Shown here in pieces: positions 13,901-26,306 of a stretch of 64,000 bases of DNA. Each line of letters begins with the position of its first letter. The stretch's first letter is position 1. The notes under the pieces are model-generated. The model saw only the letters and a program-made list of their open reading frames with translations. It was not told where the DNA came from and made no database searches. This DNA is from Antedon mediterranea (lineage: Eukaryota > Animalia > Echinodermata), in contig NC_092673.1 in the NCBI RefSeq assembly GCF_964355755.1, positions 620,001 to 684,000 on the forward strand, in the 5' to 3' direction. The position numbers were made by a program, and so were the translations under genes.

Positions 13901-16900
13901 TTTAATTTGGGTGTCCCTTTAATTTGGGTGTCCCTTTAATTTGGGTGTCCCTTTAATTTGGGTGTTCCTTTAATTTGGGTGTCCCTTTAATTTGGGTGTC
14001 CCTTTAATTTGGGTGTCCCTTTAATTTGGGTGTCCCAATGGAGAATGGAGGGGTATTACTGTAGTTTTATTATTTTTAGTCTGGCCATGTACATAAGCAA
14101 CTCATTTAATATTTTGATGCCTTTAATATTTGACAGAAGATTAAGTTTAGTTTGTTTTCTACAAATATTTTACCTGCGGCAATCAATGTTTTACCCTCTG
14201 ATGCTTTAAACGCATCTCTTGGCTTGATAATAATTACTTGACTATCTGTCTCTGTAATATAATTATTAACAACAAATATCAACTGTACTATAATAATCTT
14301 ACTATATTATACTCATTTTAAAAGTTGTTGTTTGTTTATAATATATATTACCACTTACCAGTGTTTTGCTTGATTGCATTCATTATAACTTGCTTAGGGA
14401 TGTTTTGTATGTTCTTAAGTACAGTAAATAAAAAGTAAATACGTTAATTATAGATCATTAAAATACTGCCAAAAGGAATTACTTGCACTAAATTTTCTGA
14501 GGATACTTACTGGATTAGTAGATGTTAGACGGCCACTAGATGCTGCAATCTGATCCCAACTTGTATGAAGTTTACCCTGATAGGAAATAATATATCGTAA
14601 GAAAATGCTTTACACTATGGTCTATCATTTGTATCAGTTTGGCGATTCCTGTACAAATATTTTGTAAAGTAGTATTTAAATTTAACAACAGAGACTAATT
14701 AATAATAAATCAAAATATTATATTGATATCAATACTACTTACATCATCAACTTTTTCTAGTATCCCATCAATGTAAGTTGATTTCACTTTTACTAACTAA
14801 AATAATAATAACAATATTAAACCTTAAACCTGCAACAATTCACTCAAAACCTCATAAACCAATTGTCAAACCATACTTTCCTGTTGCATGTACATTTATC
14901 TGTCTACAAACAAATACTGTACATATGAAATATATAATAGCAACTAGCCAATCAAATATTCAAATGTCTAAATATATAATAGCAACTAGCCAATCAAATA
15001 TTCAAATGTCTAAATATATAATAGCAACTAGCCAATCAAATATTCAAATGTCTAAATATATAATAGCAACTAGCCAATCAAATATTCAAATGTCTAAATA
15101 TATAATAGCAACTAGCCAATCAAATATTCAAATGTCTAAATATATAATAGCAACTAGCCAATCAAATATTCAAATGTCTAAATATATAATAGCAACTAGC
15201 CAATCAAATATTCAAATGTCTAAATATATAATAGCAACTAGCCAATCAAATATTCAAATGTCTAAATATATAATAGCAACTAGCCAATCAAATATTCAAA
15301 TGTCTAAATATATAATAGCAACTAGCCAATCAAATATTCAAATGTCTAAATATATAATAGCAACTAGCCAATCAAATATTCAAATGTCTAAATATATAAT
15401 AGCAACTAGCCAATCAAATATTCAAATGTCTAAATATATAATAGCAACTAGCCAATCAAATATTCAAATGTCTAAATATATAATAAGATACATAAAATTA
15501 TAAAATGGAATGAAATGTGGAATTATCAAATGCCTACATTATAAAAAATAAATACAAAATATCGTAGGGATTATGATTAATTATAAAAAGAATCATTGAA
15601 TTTTTTTTAGTACCTGTCTATGCTCCAATATCAAGCCTGGAAGTTTGTGATATGGTTTCAATTTTAACAACTAGAAGAAAAAAGATGCAGGAAAATGGTT
15701 ACAAAGAAAGGTAAGATGAATGTAAAAGTTGCTGCTATAAAAGTATGCAGACACATTTATTTATTCAAAAATATTGTGATTGCAGCAAAAGGCTTAATTA
15801 AAACAATATTAACAAGTATTAACAATAAATACAAGTATCTAGAATTCAAATATAAAAAAATGTGTAAATGACAAAAACACAGTATTTTGTGTAGTTGCTT
15901 ACAACTGATTCAGACGTTGATTTTGATTGCAAGACTGTAGTTTTTGCTAGTCCTTTGCTATTATCCTGCCTGTACTTTTCATCTAGTTTTAACTCGTCAA
16001 ACAATACCTCAAAATAAACATATAAATTTAATGAAAGATAAATACAGTTATTCTTCCATTGACCCATTTTTTATCCATTGCTTTTTATAGATAATAAACA
16101 CCCTTTCTTGATTTCATACTGTACCATATGATTTTATATTAAGATTAGATTATAGTTGATTATATATAAAAATTCAACAAAATAAACCAGTCTGTCAGTC
16201 TGTTAGTGGCAATGATTCGCTATTGGTTTGGAATGAAATAAATAAATAAAAATTAAATAAATGAAAATAAAATTTTAAAAAATAAAATAAATAAAAATAA
16301 AATAAATAAGGTATCCTTGTTAATACCTGTCTTAATTGAGGGTTACTGTTAATGTTAAATGAATAACCCACTAGATCCAATGCTTCTTTCTCAACTGCAT
16401 GAATTCTTTTCTGCGAAAAACCAAAATTATATAAGCTATAGAAAGGTATTAAAAATATATAATGTTTTAAAACATTAAATATCTGATTTCAATATACAGC
16501 AGTCATTGGTTAACCTTGATTCAATTCATTTATTCTGATTTCAAATCGGAATTTCTTAAAATCATTATTTTAACAAACTGGTCTAAAGAGAATGTTATCC
16601 ACCTACTTGTAGAATTGGTCCATATTGCAACAAAACTTTTGCATCAACCAAAATACCAAGTGTCTCGATCACTTCATGGAAAAATAAATTTAAATAATGT
16701 TAACACATATAAGTAAATTTAAGATACCATGCTCAATTATGACATAGGTTCTGAAATTAATCTACTGTTCTATTATTTTTGGTTAATGTAGGAGTGAGGG
16801 ACTGAATCTGCCTAAGTTAAAGCTCTATCTTAACTATCAAACTAGTGCCTATATATGGACATGATGATGTCATATCACTACCATATTTAGGCATATCACA

Positions 16901-19900
16901 CTTTTTTTGTCAAACTAGTTTGATAGAGTAGACAGAGCTATGTAATTCAACTTCCATAATTCTTACCTGCTAATATTGGGCATATCTTTACTTCCAGAAG
17001 CTCATAAAGCTGCAATAACTTTGCATCATCAAGTTTCTTTTTTAAACTTGACATCGTTTTTATCATGTACAGCAGATCATCACAAACCATATACCTTCCC
17101 TACATCACACAATTGAAATAGTTTAAGATAAACAACCATGTTTGTAGAAAACAGACACCTAATGCACAATTAATAGTGACGTAACATAAGTTAATTTGTC
17201 AATGCCTGCTGTAAAGTAATTAAGTACCAGCAATGATAATAATTTATTTTTCCTAAATTGCCACAGTTATCACTACTAGCAACAAAATGCCAACAACAGT
17301 ATCAACTTCATAATCATCATCATAAAAGCAACTAATAATAAATATTATACTTGAGAATGTCTTGGTGTTTGTTTGTCTACCATATCGGTCAATTCAGTGA
17401 AGGTATTTGGGCAATGGTCAGCATCTAACAACCAAGCTGCTATCTTTGGATCGTCTACTCTCCAATCACTGGAAACTGAAACGACAAATATTGTACTAAA
17501 TAATTATTAACCATTGAATATAAAAATAATACATCGATCTAAGAGCCCAGTCATGTTTGAATGAAACCATTTGTACACCTGGAGAGAGGCAAACATAAGT
17601 AAAGTATCTTGCCTAAAAATACAAGCAATGCTTGTTGGAATCCTTTGTTATGTCTTAATGCTGTTAGATATATCATAGAAATGACAAACATACCAACTCG
17701 GAGGTTAAATGAATAGTGTTCAATTAAAGCACAAAACAATTCTTTAGCTCCAAAGCATACTTTAGTAATAGATACATTTGACATCAGATTTTGAAACATT
17801 ACACTGTAAAAAAAAAAAAAATTATAATAGATATATTAGTAATTAGCATACATATTATGACAAAACTATTAATAAAATGATAATAATGTAGTGATAACAA
17901 TGAAGTACCAATGTGTGTCAATTCGAAAAATATAAAAATGTCAAAATGCAATATTTCTTGTACCGTGTGTATTTGTCCATATCATTAATGGCAAGAGGTA
18001 TGTGAACGAATATTTTCTCTTCCTTTTTCATGGCAACCAGGGTTATACCAATGGGTTGATCATCAGACTGCATTTTTGCCAATTTGCTTTTCTATTAAAA
18101 AAAAAATGGATTCTGTTATCAAATCAAATAATTTAGGATAAGATTATACAATCTAACTTTGTAAGCATAATCGGCTCCATTGAATACAATGACATGTTGC
18201 CCGCAACCAGATTCATTCATGACGCATTTATTCTACGGAGTCTGGACTATCACTATTTATGCTGTTCATATCATTTTTGTTATTGTAAACACATACATTT
18301 TGTTTTTGTTCTGTGTTTTATTTGATTTCTATGTGTTGTAATATGACAATACTATAACATACGGTGAGAATAAACAAATAAAATATACACAATATATAAA
18401 ATGTACACAATCACCTTTGTGTGTATTCCTATGTGTTGTAATATGACAATACTATAACATACGGTGAGAATAAACAAATAAAATATACACAATATATAAA
18501 ATGTACACAATCACCTTTGTGTGTATTTCTCCTCCACTCAATTGTGTAGAACTGTCAGCATACACTAGTGTTAGGGCTACAACATCTGCTGTGGTGATAC
18601 TGCCTAATACTATCTGCCTTTCTTTTTCATTTATCCTTGCTACATTTATCAATTCTTTTGATCTAGATGTAGTTGGTTTTTGAGAAAATACCTTTAAATG
18701 AACAAATAATAAATGTTATTATTTGCAGTATTTCAGTTTGAATTGTTACTGTACTCTACTTAGTTTATGTTGTACCTGGTTAATCTTGAGTTGTCTATCC
18801 TGAGTACACGGTCTCTTTACTGGAGTTTGAAATCTTCTTTTACAATTACTTTCCTTTTGTTTCTTGTTCATTGTGTTTCTCATATCTCTACATTAGAATA
18901 AAAATGGTAATAATTATTAGTATTAAAATAATGTTTGGTAAAACATGTTTAGGTGACTAATAAAAAAACTATATCCCACCTGGAATATTTTGTCACTGGA
19001 AGTGAATGCTCCTTAGTACTATCTGATCCATAAACATTCTGACTGGTACGAGTAAAAGAACTATAGCATGTGTTCATAGGCCTATTTGTTATAACTGCTT
19101 TTGTACAGATACTTGCAATTTCTCTCATGTCTCTACTTAATTTTGAATTTTCCATCTTATTTTTTTTTTCTAAATGCTCCTGTTTTATCTCTGGTTGGGA
19201 TGATTGTGTACTAATGCAGACTGGTTGTTGTTCTTCTTGATCATGATTATGCCATCTGTCGGTCAGAACAATATTTGAATGCTTTTCTGTACATGGAAGT
19301 CCAGCTGATGTAAAAGAATACCAATTATTTGTATTTGTTTTTAAATCTTTGGCTGTTAAATTATTATTATGATCTGTTTTATTGGCATTGAACGGATTGT
19401 TAAACTCTGTATCTGAATCATCAGAAAATGAGAGAGGTGGACTATCTTGGTTATTGCTTGATTTGCTATCATTCCAGTCTTTGTTATAGAAGTGAGTGTC
19501 TGGGGTATGTGGCACCGAAGAAGTTTGATTACAAGAAAAGCTTTCAGAGACATTACTAGAAGAATCTACTGTGCGTAGAGTATTTTTTGCTGTATCAGTA
19601 GTTGATTGCACGGATGAATCCATTGTGAAACGATCACCACTAATGGGTACAGTAGACAAACCCATTTCTGATGTAGCAAGGTCATTGTTAAATGTCATAC
19701 AAGGATGGTTCAGTGAAGATTTACTTGTTGAAGGAGAAACATTTGAAGTTACACAATTTCTATTTACGCGTGTCGTTTGGTTTGTTGCCAGAATGTTATT
19801 CTCTCGTTGTAGGAGGCTCACTGTATTTTGATCAGCATCTATGTAGTCATTAGGTTCTTTTTTTATTTTTAGTTCAAGGGTTTTATTCTTTTTCAAAAGC

Positions 19901-20206
19901 TCTGAAGAGTAATTAGAACACTTGTCATTCTTGAATTTTCTGTTATAAAGTGATGAACAATAGTTGTTTGATTTGGTTGATTCTGCAATAAAGAAGGAAA
20001 ATCAAATTTAGATACCGAGTATATTTTAAACTGTCAATAATTTTGTGTTTGGTGCTCTAAATTATACCTTCTTTCAGCTTGAATGTCTCTTCTCTGTTCT
20101 TGTGTGCTTCTCTAAGAGCTCTTAAAACAGTCAGAGCATCATGAGACGGCCAAAACACCACAGAACAATCAGGAGGTCGTTTAGCTGGTGTCCACACTGG
20201 TGACAT
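11000..20206 (-). CDS. POLN: DNA polymerase nu (family A), ~20+ exons
   Basis: Motif A DFQSIELRLLAHLSQD (exon ~13374-13259), motif B DRDRTKRIVYSLIYGAG (~12987-12904), [23 protein letters not shown], and motif C LLQIHDELL (~11693-11546). Also AWLLDADH in the degenerate exonuclease region and SSGRLTSTNP. Putative ATG at 20206 and stop at 11000. There is no helicase domain, so this is not POLQ. Confidence 0.92.
11759..12092. mobile_element. Two fused copies of the palindromic MITE family forming a larger inverted repeat
   Basis: ATAGATAGACTAAAGCTCTGTCTGCATTATCAAACTAGT at the left end is mirrored at 12054-12092. Internal CCCAAATATGGTAGTG repeats. Confidence 0.7.
13059..13228. mobile_element. Palindromic MITE family copy
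   Basis: AAGCTCTGTCTACACTATCAAAC start, the same internal GATATGACATCATCATGTCCATA core, and a degenerate right TIR. Confidence 0.7.
13440..14036. repeat. 17-bp minisatellite (CTTTAATTTGGGTGTCC variants) in a POLN intron
   Basis: About 35 tandem units with variant blocks (ATAT/ATTT/AGAT, GTCC/GTTC). Confidence 0.95.
14928..15486. repeat. 42-bp near-perfect minisatellite (~13 copies) in a POLN intron
   Basis: Unit AAATATATAATAGCAACTAGCCAATCAAATATTCAAATGTCT. It explains the spurious KYIIATSQSNIQMS ORF. Confidence 0.97.
16820..16939. mobile_element. Palindromic MITE family copy
   Basis: AAGCTCTATCTTAACTATCAAACTAG...CTAGTTTGATAGAGTAGACAGAGCT with the same internal core. Confidence 0.7.
18329..18527. 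repeat. 100-bp tandem duplication spanning a POLN exon/intron boundary
   Basis: 18329-18427 is essentially identical to 18429-18527. Confidence 0.95.
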
Positions 20207-20829
20207 GGTTAAATCTGTAAATTAATTATTTGAAATATGCTTAGATTTTATACCTATTGCTATTGTAATTTTAAACATTTTTACATATACTTATACTGCA
20301 AAAATAAATGTGACATGTACACTAATCTAATTATAATTGTAACCATTGGCATTTATTAATATTAGTCTAGGCCTAGGCTGGAGGCCTAATTACAATATGA
20401 AATTAATATATTTAATATGCTACTAGGCCTAGGCCCTAGCCTAGGCCTAGTACCATCATGTCTCAAAAGAAAATTAAATAATTCTTCTTCACAATCTGAA
20501 TCAATCACATCCTCATCATAAATATTCGTACGGGCCTACTGAGCTAGGTAGGATAGGTATCCAACTAGGCTAGGCCTAGGCTATTTAGCAGCATGTGGTA
20601 TGCTCAGTTAAATAACAGCTCCCCTTCTTTCCTGCTCTCCTCACTCACTCAGTCATACCAAGTAAGTAGGCCTCTTGCTAGCATGATGGGCCTAGAAGGT
20701 TGGAATGAATAAATGATTAATATTTTAGGCTAGACCTGCCCATGTCTTAATCTAATTTGTTAGGTAGCTGTAGATTACAGATACGACATAAAATTGAAAA
20801 TAGTTAACTTATTAATTAAAAAATTACGT

Positions 20830-21510
20830 CTTAATATCAAATAAAGTAGGCCTCAAGTTAGCAGCAGCCAACACGTCGTAATTCTGATTCCCGTAAAGTT
20901 TTCAATATGCAAATTATTATACAGCATGTTCCATTAAGTAGATAGCCTATGCATGACAAGATTTAATAATATTATGTATAATATAAGTGATAACTAGATT
21001 AATACATACCAAAATAATCAAAAACATATTTTAAAATTTTAATTTTTTTTCTAGATCCTAATTATTTTTGTTTATATTAGGCAATGATGACTGATGTACA
21101 TTTAACCAAAATATTAACACCCCTATATAAATAGTGTACTGTTCTTTTTAATTTAAACTAATATTTCATAATCATTACTACGCTTCAAAAACCAAATAAT
21201 ATTAAAATTTTCAAAATACGTAATTATAAATTTGATAGAAACACAGTACAGTATATATTGTACAGTATTGCATATCTAGTAGGCCATATCAATAATTTAT
21301 TTCAGAGAGAAACCTTTTGCATAATAGGTGAACGCAATTGGATAATATAGACAAATTATCTGAAATGGTCTTAATTTTGACCAATCACGTATTGTGTTGT
21401 ATAATCTATGAGTCTTCAATAACTGTGGGCAACACAAAACAATAATGAATGACTGCTCTAGCTGAAAAAACTAGAGAAGATTCGAACTACTGTTGTTTTT
21501 AGGTGTAAGT
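20830..21510. promoter_or_regulatory. Putative bidirectional promoter region between POLN (-) and MAP9-like (+)
   Basis: Divergent genes with candidate 5'UTR-exon donors at ~20827 (minus) and ~21505 (GTAAGT, plus). CCAAT boxes: ATTGG at ~21336 and CCAATCA at 21381. Confidence 0.5.
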
Positions 21511-22010
21511 TATTTTAAACAGTACAATAGGCCTATAATATATATTTTAAATTAAATAAATAAATGCTTAAATATTTAGCAAGACTCTAGGCCTACCTAG
21601 TATAGCTATTTGGGTACGGGTTAGCCAAGTTGGGTACGAGTTGGCATGGGTACGGGTTGGTTTGGGTACGGGTTGACCAGCACCCAGGCCTAGCATGTGC
21701 TTGTTAATTGTAGCCTGGCTGGGCTAGCAAAAGGCCTATTATTATAGGTCTAGCTAGGCCCACTAGGCCTTAGTAGGCCTACTATATTACTACTAGCCTA
21801 GGCCTAGTAATACCTAACCTTACGCCTAGGCCTAGCTAGGTAGGCTGAGCCAACTACACTTGGGCCTAGGCCCTCCTTCTTAGCTAGCTAGGCTAGGTAA
21901 AGTAACTGGTAGGTTTGGACCGAGCTGACCAGCTTCCGCTACTTCCACTGACTGTTTACACTGATTTTTAAAAAATTTGCATTTATTTTTCAGGAATTAA
22001 ATGATTAAAA

Positions 22011-25000
22011 ATGTTAGCAACTCAAAGATCAGGCCATGAGTCTTCAGGTTAGTAACATTAAAAACAATTGTGGTAATGACATTCTATTAATTGTCTAATT
22101 AATTAGGTCTAGGCCTAGCTAGCCTACGTATGTTGTTAGCCCTTTTTGACATGTTGTGTACATTTTTTTGTTCAATTGTTTGTATTTATACTTCTGTACT
22201 GTTTGATATAGGCAAAAAAACTAAATCTGGTTTCCAAAGTGAGCTTGAGTCCAAACTGCGTGATCGTAGAAAGCGTGGCCTTGGTGCAGGACTAAGCGAT
22301 TTTAGTCTTACAGAAGATGATGATGATGATGATGCCAACAAAGAAGATGAAGACGATGACAGTGATGACGATTTTGGAAACAGTACTGATGGTAGTTATT
22401 TTATATTTGTTGCCAATCGTAGATTTTTTATTCCAATAATAAAATATTTATTATGAAATTATCTTTGACTTAAAAAACAAACCTTTTTTAATTCGTCTTT
22501 ACTCACTGATTTTTTTCAAATTTTCATTTTTGACAGATTTTCTTTCCCAATTCACAACACCTGCAAAAACTAATACTAAAGGAGGGTGGAAGCCACCAGT
22601 ACCACAATCAACAAAGAAACCCTCTCCTGTTCCTTCACCAAGGAGCAAACTAAGTGATTCATCCCCAACACCATCTCCTCGCTCAAAGTTGAGATCCAAA
22701 TCTCCTATATCAAACAGGTCTTCATCTCCAGATCCACTACTCAGCCTGCTTAAAAAAGAAGACAACAAAAAGTCCGCTTCAAGCCCAGTACCAAAACCAA
22801 GACCTAGGAAAAAAAACCTTGACTCTACAGATGATGACTCTCCTAGGTCAACAACAGGTCAGCATCAACCAATTAAAGGAAGGCATTCGCCAAATAAAGA
22901 GTTGAATACCAAATCAAAAAATGGAAGAAAGAGTCCTAGTGTTGATGAACTACTGGGAGTAAAACCTAAATCTCGGAGTAGCTCACCAGTTAAAAATGAG
23001 GAAAAACAGTCAGAGTTAGATATGCTCTTGGGGATTAAACCAAAATCAAGGGCCAACTCTCCAACTCGTAAAGAAATCGAACATAAAGAGGCTGATAAAG
23101 TGAAAGGAAATCGAACCTCTCCATCTCCAAAAGCAACATCTCGTAAGGTTTCTCCGAGTAGACAGTCAGATTCTCCATTTTCGTTTGTGGAGACTGAATC
23201 CAAAAAGAAAAAATCAATTTTGGATTCTGATGAAAGTGACCAAGGAAAAAAGTCTAAATCTAAAAAGAGAACGGATAAAAAAAGTAGTGGCAAAACGTCA
23301 CCATCCAATAATAAATCATCCAGAATAAAAAGTATACTAGGTTCAAGCAGTGAGGATGACAGTGAGAAGTCGAAATCAAAGAAGGGTAAAAAGGGGAGTG
23401 GAAGAACATCCCCAACAAGTGAAAAATCATCCAAAATAAAAGGGTTATTTGATTCAAGCACTGATGATGATAGAAAAAACAAATCTAAATCAAAGGTTTC
23501 AGGAAAAAACAGCAGAAAATTATCTCCATCTTCCAAGAAAAAAGGTTTATTGGATTCCAGTAGTGATGAAGAAGAACGTAAAACAAACTCTAAATCAAAG
23601 AAGGAGTCTAGTAATAAGGGAAGGGAATCACCATCCAATGTCAAATCAAAAAGAAAAACAAAAGGATTACTTGATTCCAGCAGTGACGAGGAAACTAATG
23701 ACCTAAAAGATAAGAAAGGAAAATCTGGGAATGATAGAAGAAAGTCAACAAGAGGCGGTTCTCCTGTACAGAAAGAAACCAAACAAACAACCCTATTTGA
23801 TTCTAGTAATGAAGAAGAAGAAAAGGTTGCACGAAATAGAAAAACTCAAAAACAGAAATCTAGATCATCTTCACCAGATTCTAAACGACCAACTCCAAAA
23901 CCAAGAATTACATCGGCTAAAACAAGATCAAAGTCTCCAGGAAAAAACAAAGTTAGTGGAAAGGATAATTCTGAAACGGATTCTGATGACAAAAATAAGA
24001 AGTCAAGAAGAAAAAAATCGAAGAATTCATCAAATAAAAAGAAAAGTTCTGATTCAGATTTAGATGAAAACTCTCCATTCAATATACAAGCTAAGAAAAA
24101 AAAGGAAAAACAATCAATCCTTGATTCTTCAGAGACATCATCATCAGAAGAAGAGAATTCATCAAAAAAGAAAAATCAGAAGCAATCCTTGTCTTTACTT
24201 GAAGCTCTGGAAGACTCTGATAATAAAAAGAAGAAAAAGAAAAAAAAGAAAGGGCTTCTGAGTGACAGTGATGGAGACCACAATGATAGTTACCCAAAAG
24301 ACCGAAGGCCAAAGGTGAGAATACTATTGTTTTCTGTTTTGAAATAGTATTTTATTTTATTTCATCAGGGTTGAGGGGAGTTAGGCATTGACTGGTGTAT
24401 AGGGAGTGTACAATCATTGTAAAGTTAAACCATGGAGGAGTCTCCATCTCCTACATTTGGTTTTGATGTATTTTGTTCATATAAAAATATAATTGGTTTT
24501 TTTTTCTGTTCAGAATGGATATCATAGTGCTGATTCTGATGGTGGAAACAAACCCAAAAAGTTTATTGATCCTGCTTCTGGGAATAGGTAGGTTTTGAAT
24601 ACAATATACATTTGCACATTACAGAAATCAAAAGACTAAAAAAATAGAAATATCCTGTCCAGAATTGGTTGAACATAATACGTAGTGTATCTAAAAGTTG
24701 TTTCCAATTGTAATTAGACGTGTACGATCAGCATCCGGTGAAAACATTGCTAGGCCAAAGGCGCAACGACCACCAAAAGGAGCAAACACACTTAGTTTGA
24801 ATTCAAGTTTGAACTCTAGTTTTGGATCAGGATTAGGAGACTCGCTTAATGATGCAAACTCTATACGTAATGCCATCTATGGTGAATGGAGAGTTCGAAA
24901 AGATGCAGAATTACAAGCAAAAATTAAAGAAAAGAAGAAGGAAGAAAATGAGGTGAAGAAAAAGAAACTTGAGGTAAGGAATTGTATTTGAAGAATCACA

Positions 25001-26306
25001 ATCTGACTTTTTTGAAATAGTGAATTTTATTTACAATATCTGTAAGGGACCTTACATAGGCATTCAAACATGGTAGATAAAAGTAGTGTATAAAGTTCCC
25101 TTGGCAGGTGTTTCGTTTATTAGTGCATTTGAGATGGTCAAAATTACATTTCTGAAAATTTGAACTATTTGTTAGGAAGAGAAGGATAGAAAGTTAGAGG
25201 CCATGGCAACATTTAGAGCTTGGAATGAGAAAAAACAAGAACAGCTGAAGAAAGAAAAAAAGAAAAAGGATGCTGAAAGAAAGGAAAAAAGAGAGAAAGA
25301 AACAGAAGAGTTGGCAGAGAAAAGAAAAATGGCAGAAAAGGTAATTTTATCTGCTAAATGTATTGTATTCATTGATTTTGAGGCAGGAGAAAAGTAACCA
25401 TTATGTTGATGTAATTTTAGTTAATATCATTACAAGACAAATGGCTTCTGTTCTCATTTTGTAATTGCCAGATTATGCAAAATGTATGTAGAAATATTAA
25501 CTTATTTATTGCTTTTGTTTGTTGCTGTTTTATTATAATACATATTTGCCAAAATAATATTTATTTTGTTTTGTTTCATCAATTTTAGACATTTCAAGCG
25601 TGGAAGGGCACAAAGGATGATGTTTTAAAAGAACAACATCAAAAGAAACTGAAAGATGAAAAGAAGGAGTTGCACAAAACTGTTGAAACTAAAGATGAAA
25701 AGAAAAAGGATGCTGCAAGTGCTTTTAAAAAATGGTAATTTTGACAGATTGAGTATGAAAAGGGACAGCACTACCTGTAATAATATTACTTGCATATTCA
25801 TGTTGTTTAGCTATGTCAGGTATAGATTTAGGCTGAGGCTAAACAGGCTTTAGGCCCCTAAAATTTAATAGCCATGACATTTTAAAATAAAATTTGTATT
25901 TTTCTGCAACCTGATGGATCGTTTTATTATTATTATTATTATTTATCCCTCCTAATCTATAATGTTAGATCCGCACCTGTATGTGTAATGAATTTGGAAT
26001 TTGTACAATTATTTTCATTTATAATTTTCAATTAATCAATTTAGGAAATCTGTGAAGGATGAGAAGATACATACAGAAAAGAAAGAAAAGAAAAAGCAAG
26101 AAAAGGAAAAGAAAAAGGAAGAATTCAGTCATACAATTAAGAGAGAAAAAGAAGCAAGTAGTTCATATGAACAATGGCAGGACAACCTTGACAAAAGGAA
26201 AAAAGCAGAAAAAGAAAGATTGAAAAATTCAAGACCCATATCAAGTACACCATTTAGACCATGCAGTAATACAGTACCTACAACACAACATTCAATGAGA
26301 TATTAA
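22011..26306 (+). CDS. MAP9: Microtubule-associated protein 9 (ASAP)-like, with a greatly expanded K/S-rich disordered exon
   Basis: Exons ~22011-22047, 22212-22391, 22537-24314, ~24514-24587, ~24718-24973, ~25176-25340, ~25589-25734 and ~26045-26306. The N-terminal KSGFQSELESKL motif and C-terminal coiled coil (SIRNAIYGEW...EAMATFRAWNEKK...AFKKW...SYEQW) match the MAP9 architecture as I recall it. Confidence 0.75.

Noticed and set aside
14778-15503. 241-aa repetitive ORF
   Set aside because: A 42-bp minisatellite antisense within a POLN intron.
21608-21686. Four GGGTACG[AG]GTT repeats near the MAP9-like 5' end
   Set aside because: Probably a remnant of a common dispersed repeat. Termini are not identifiable.
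22865-23782. 305-aa minus-strand ORF
   Set aside because: Antisense shadow of the K/S-rich MAP9-like exon.
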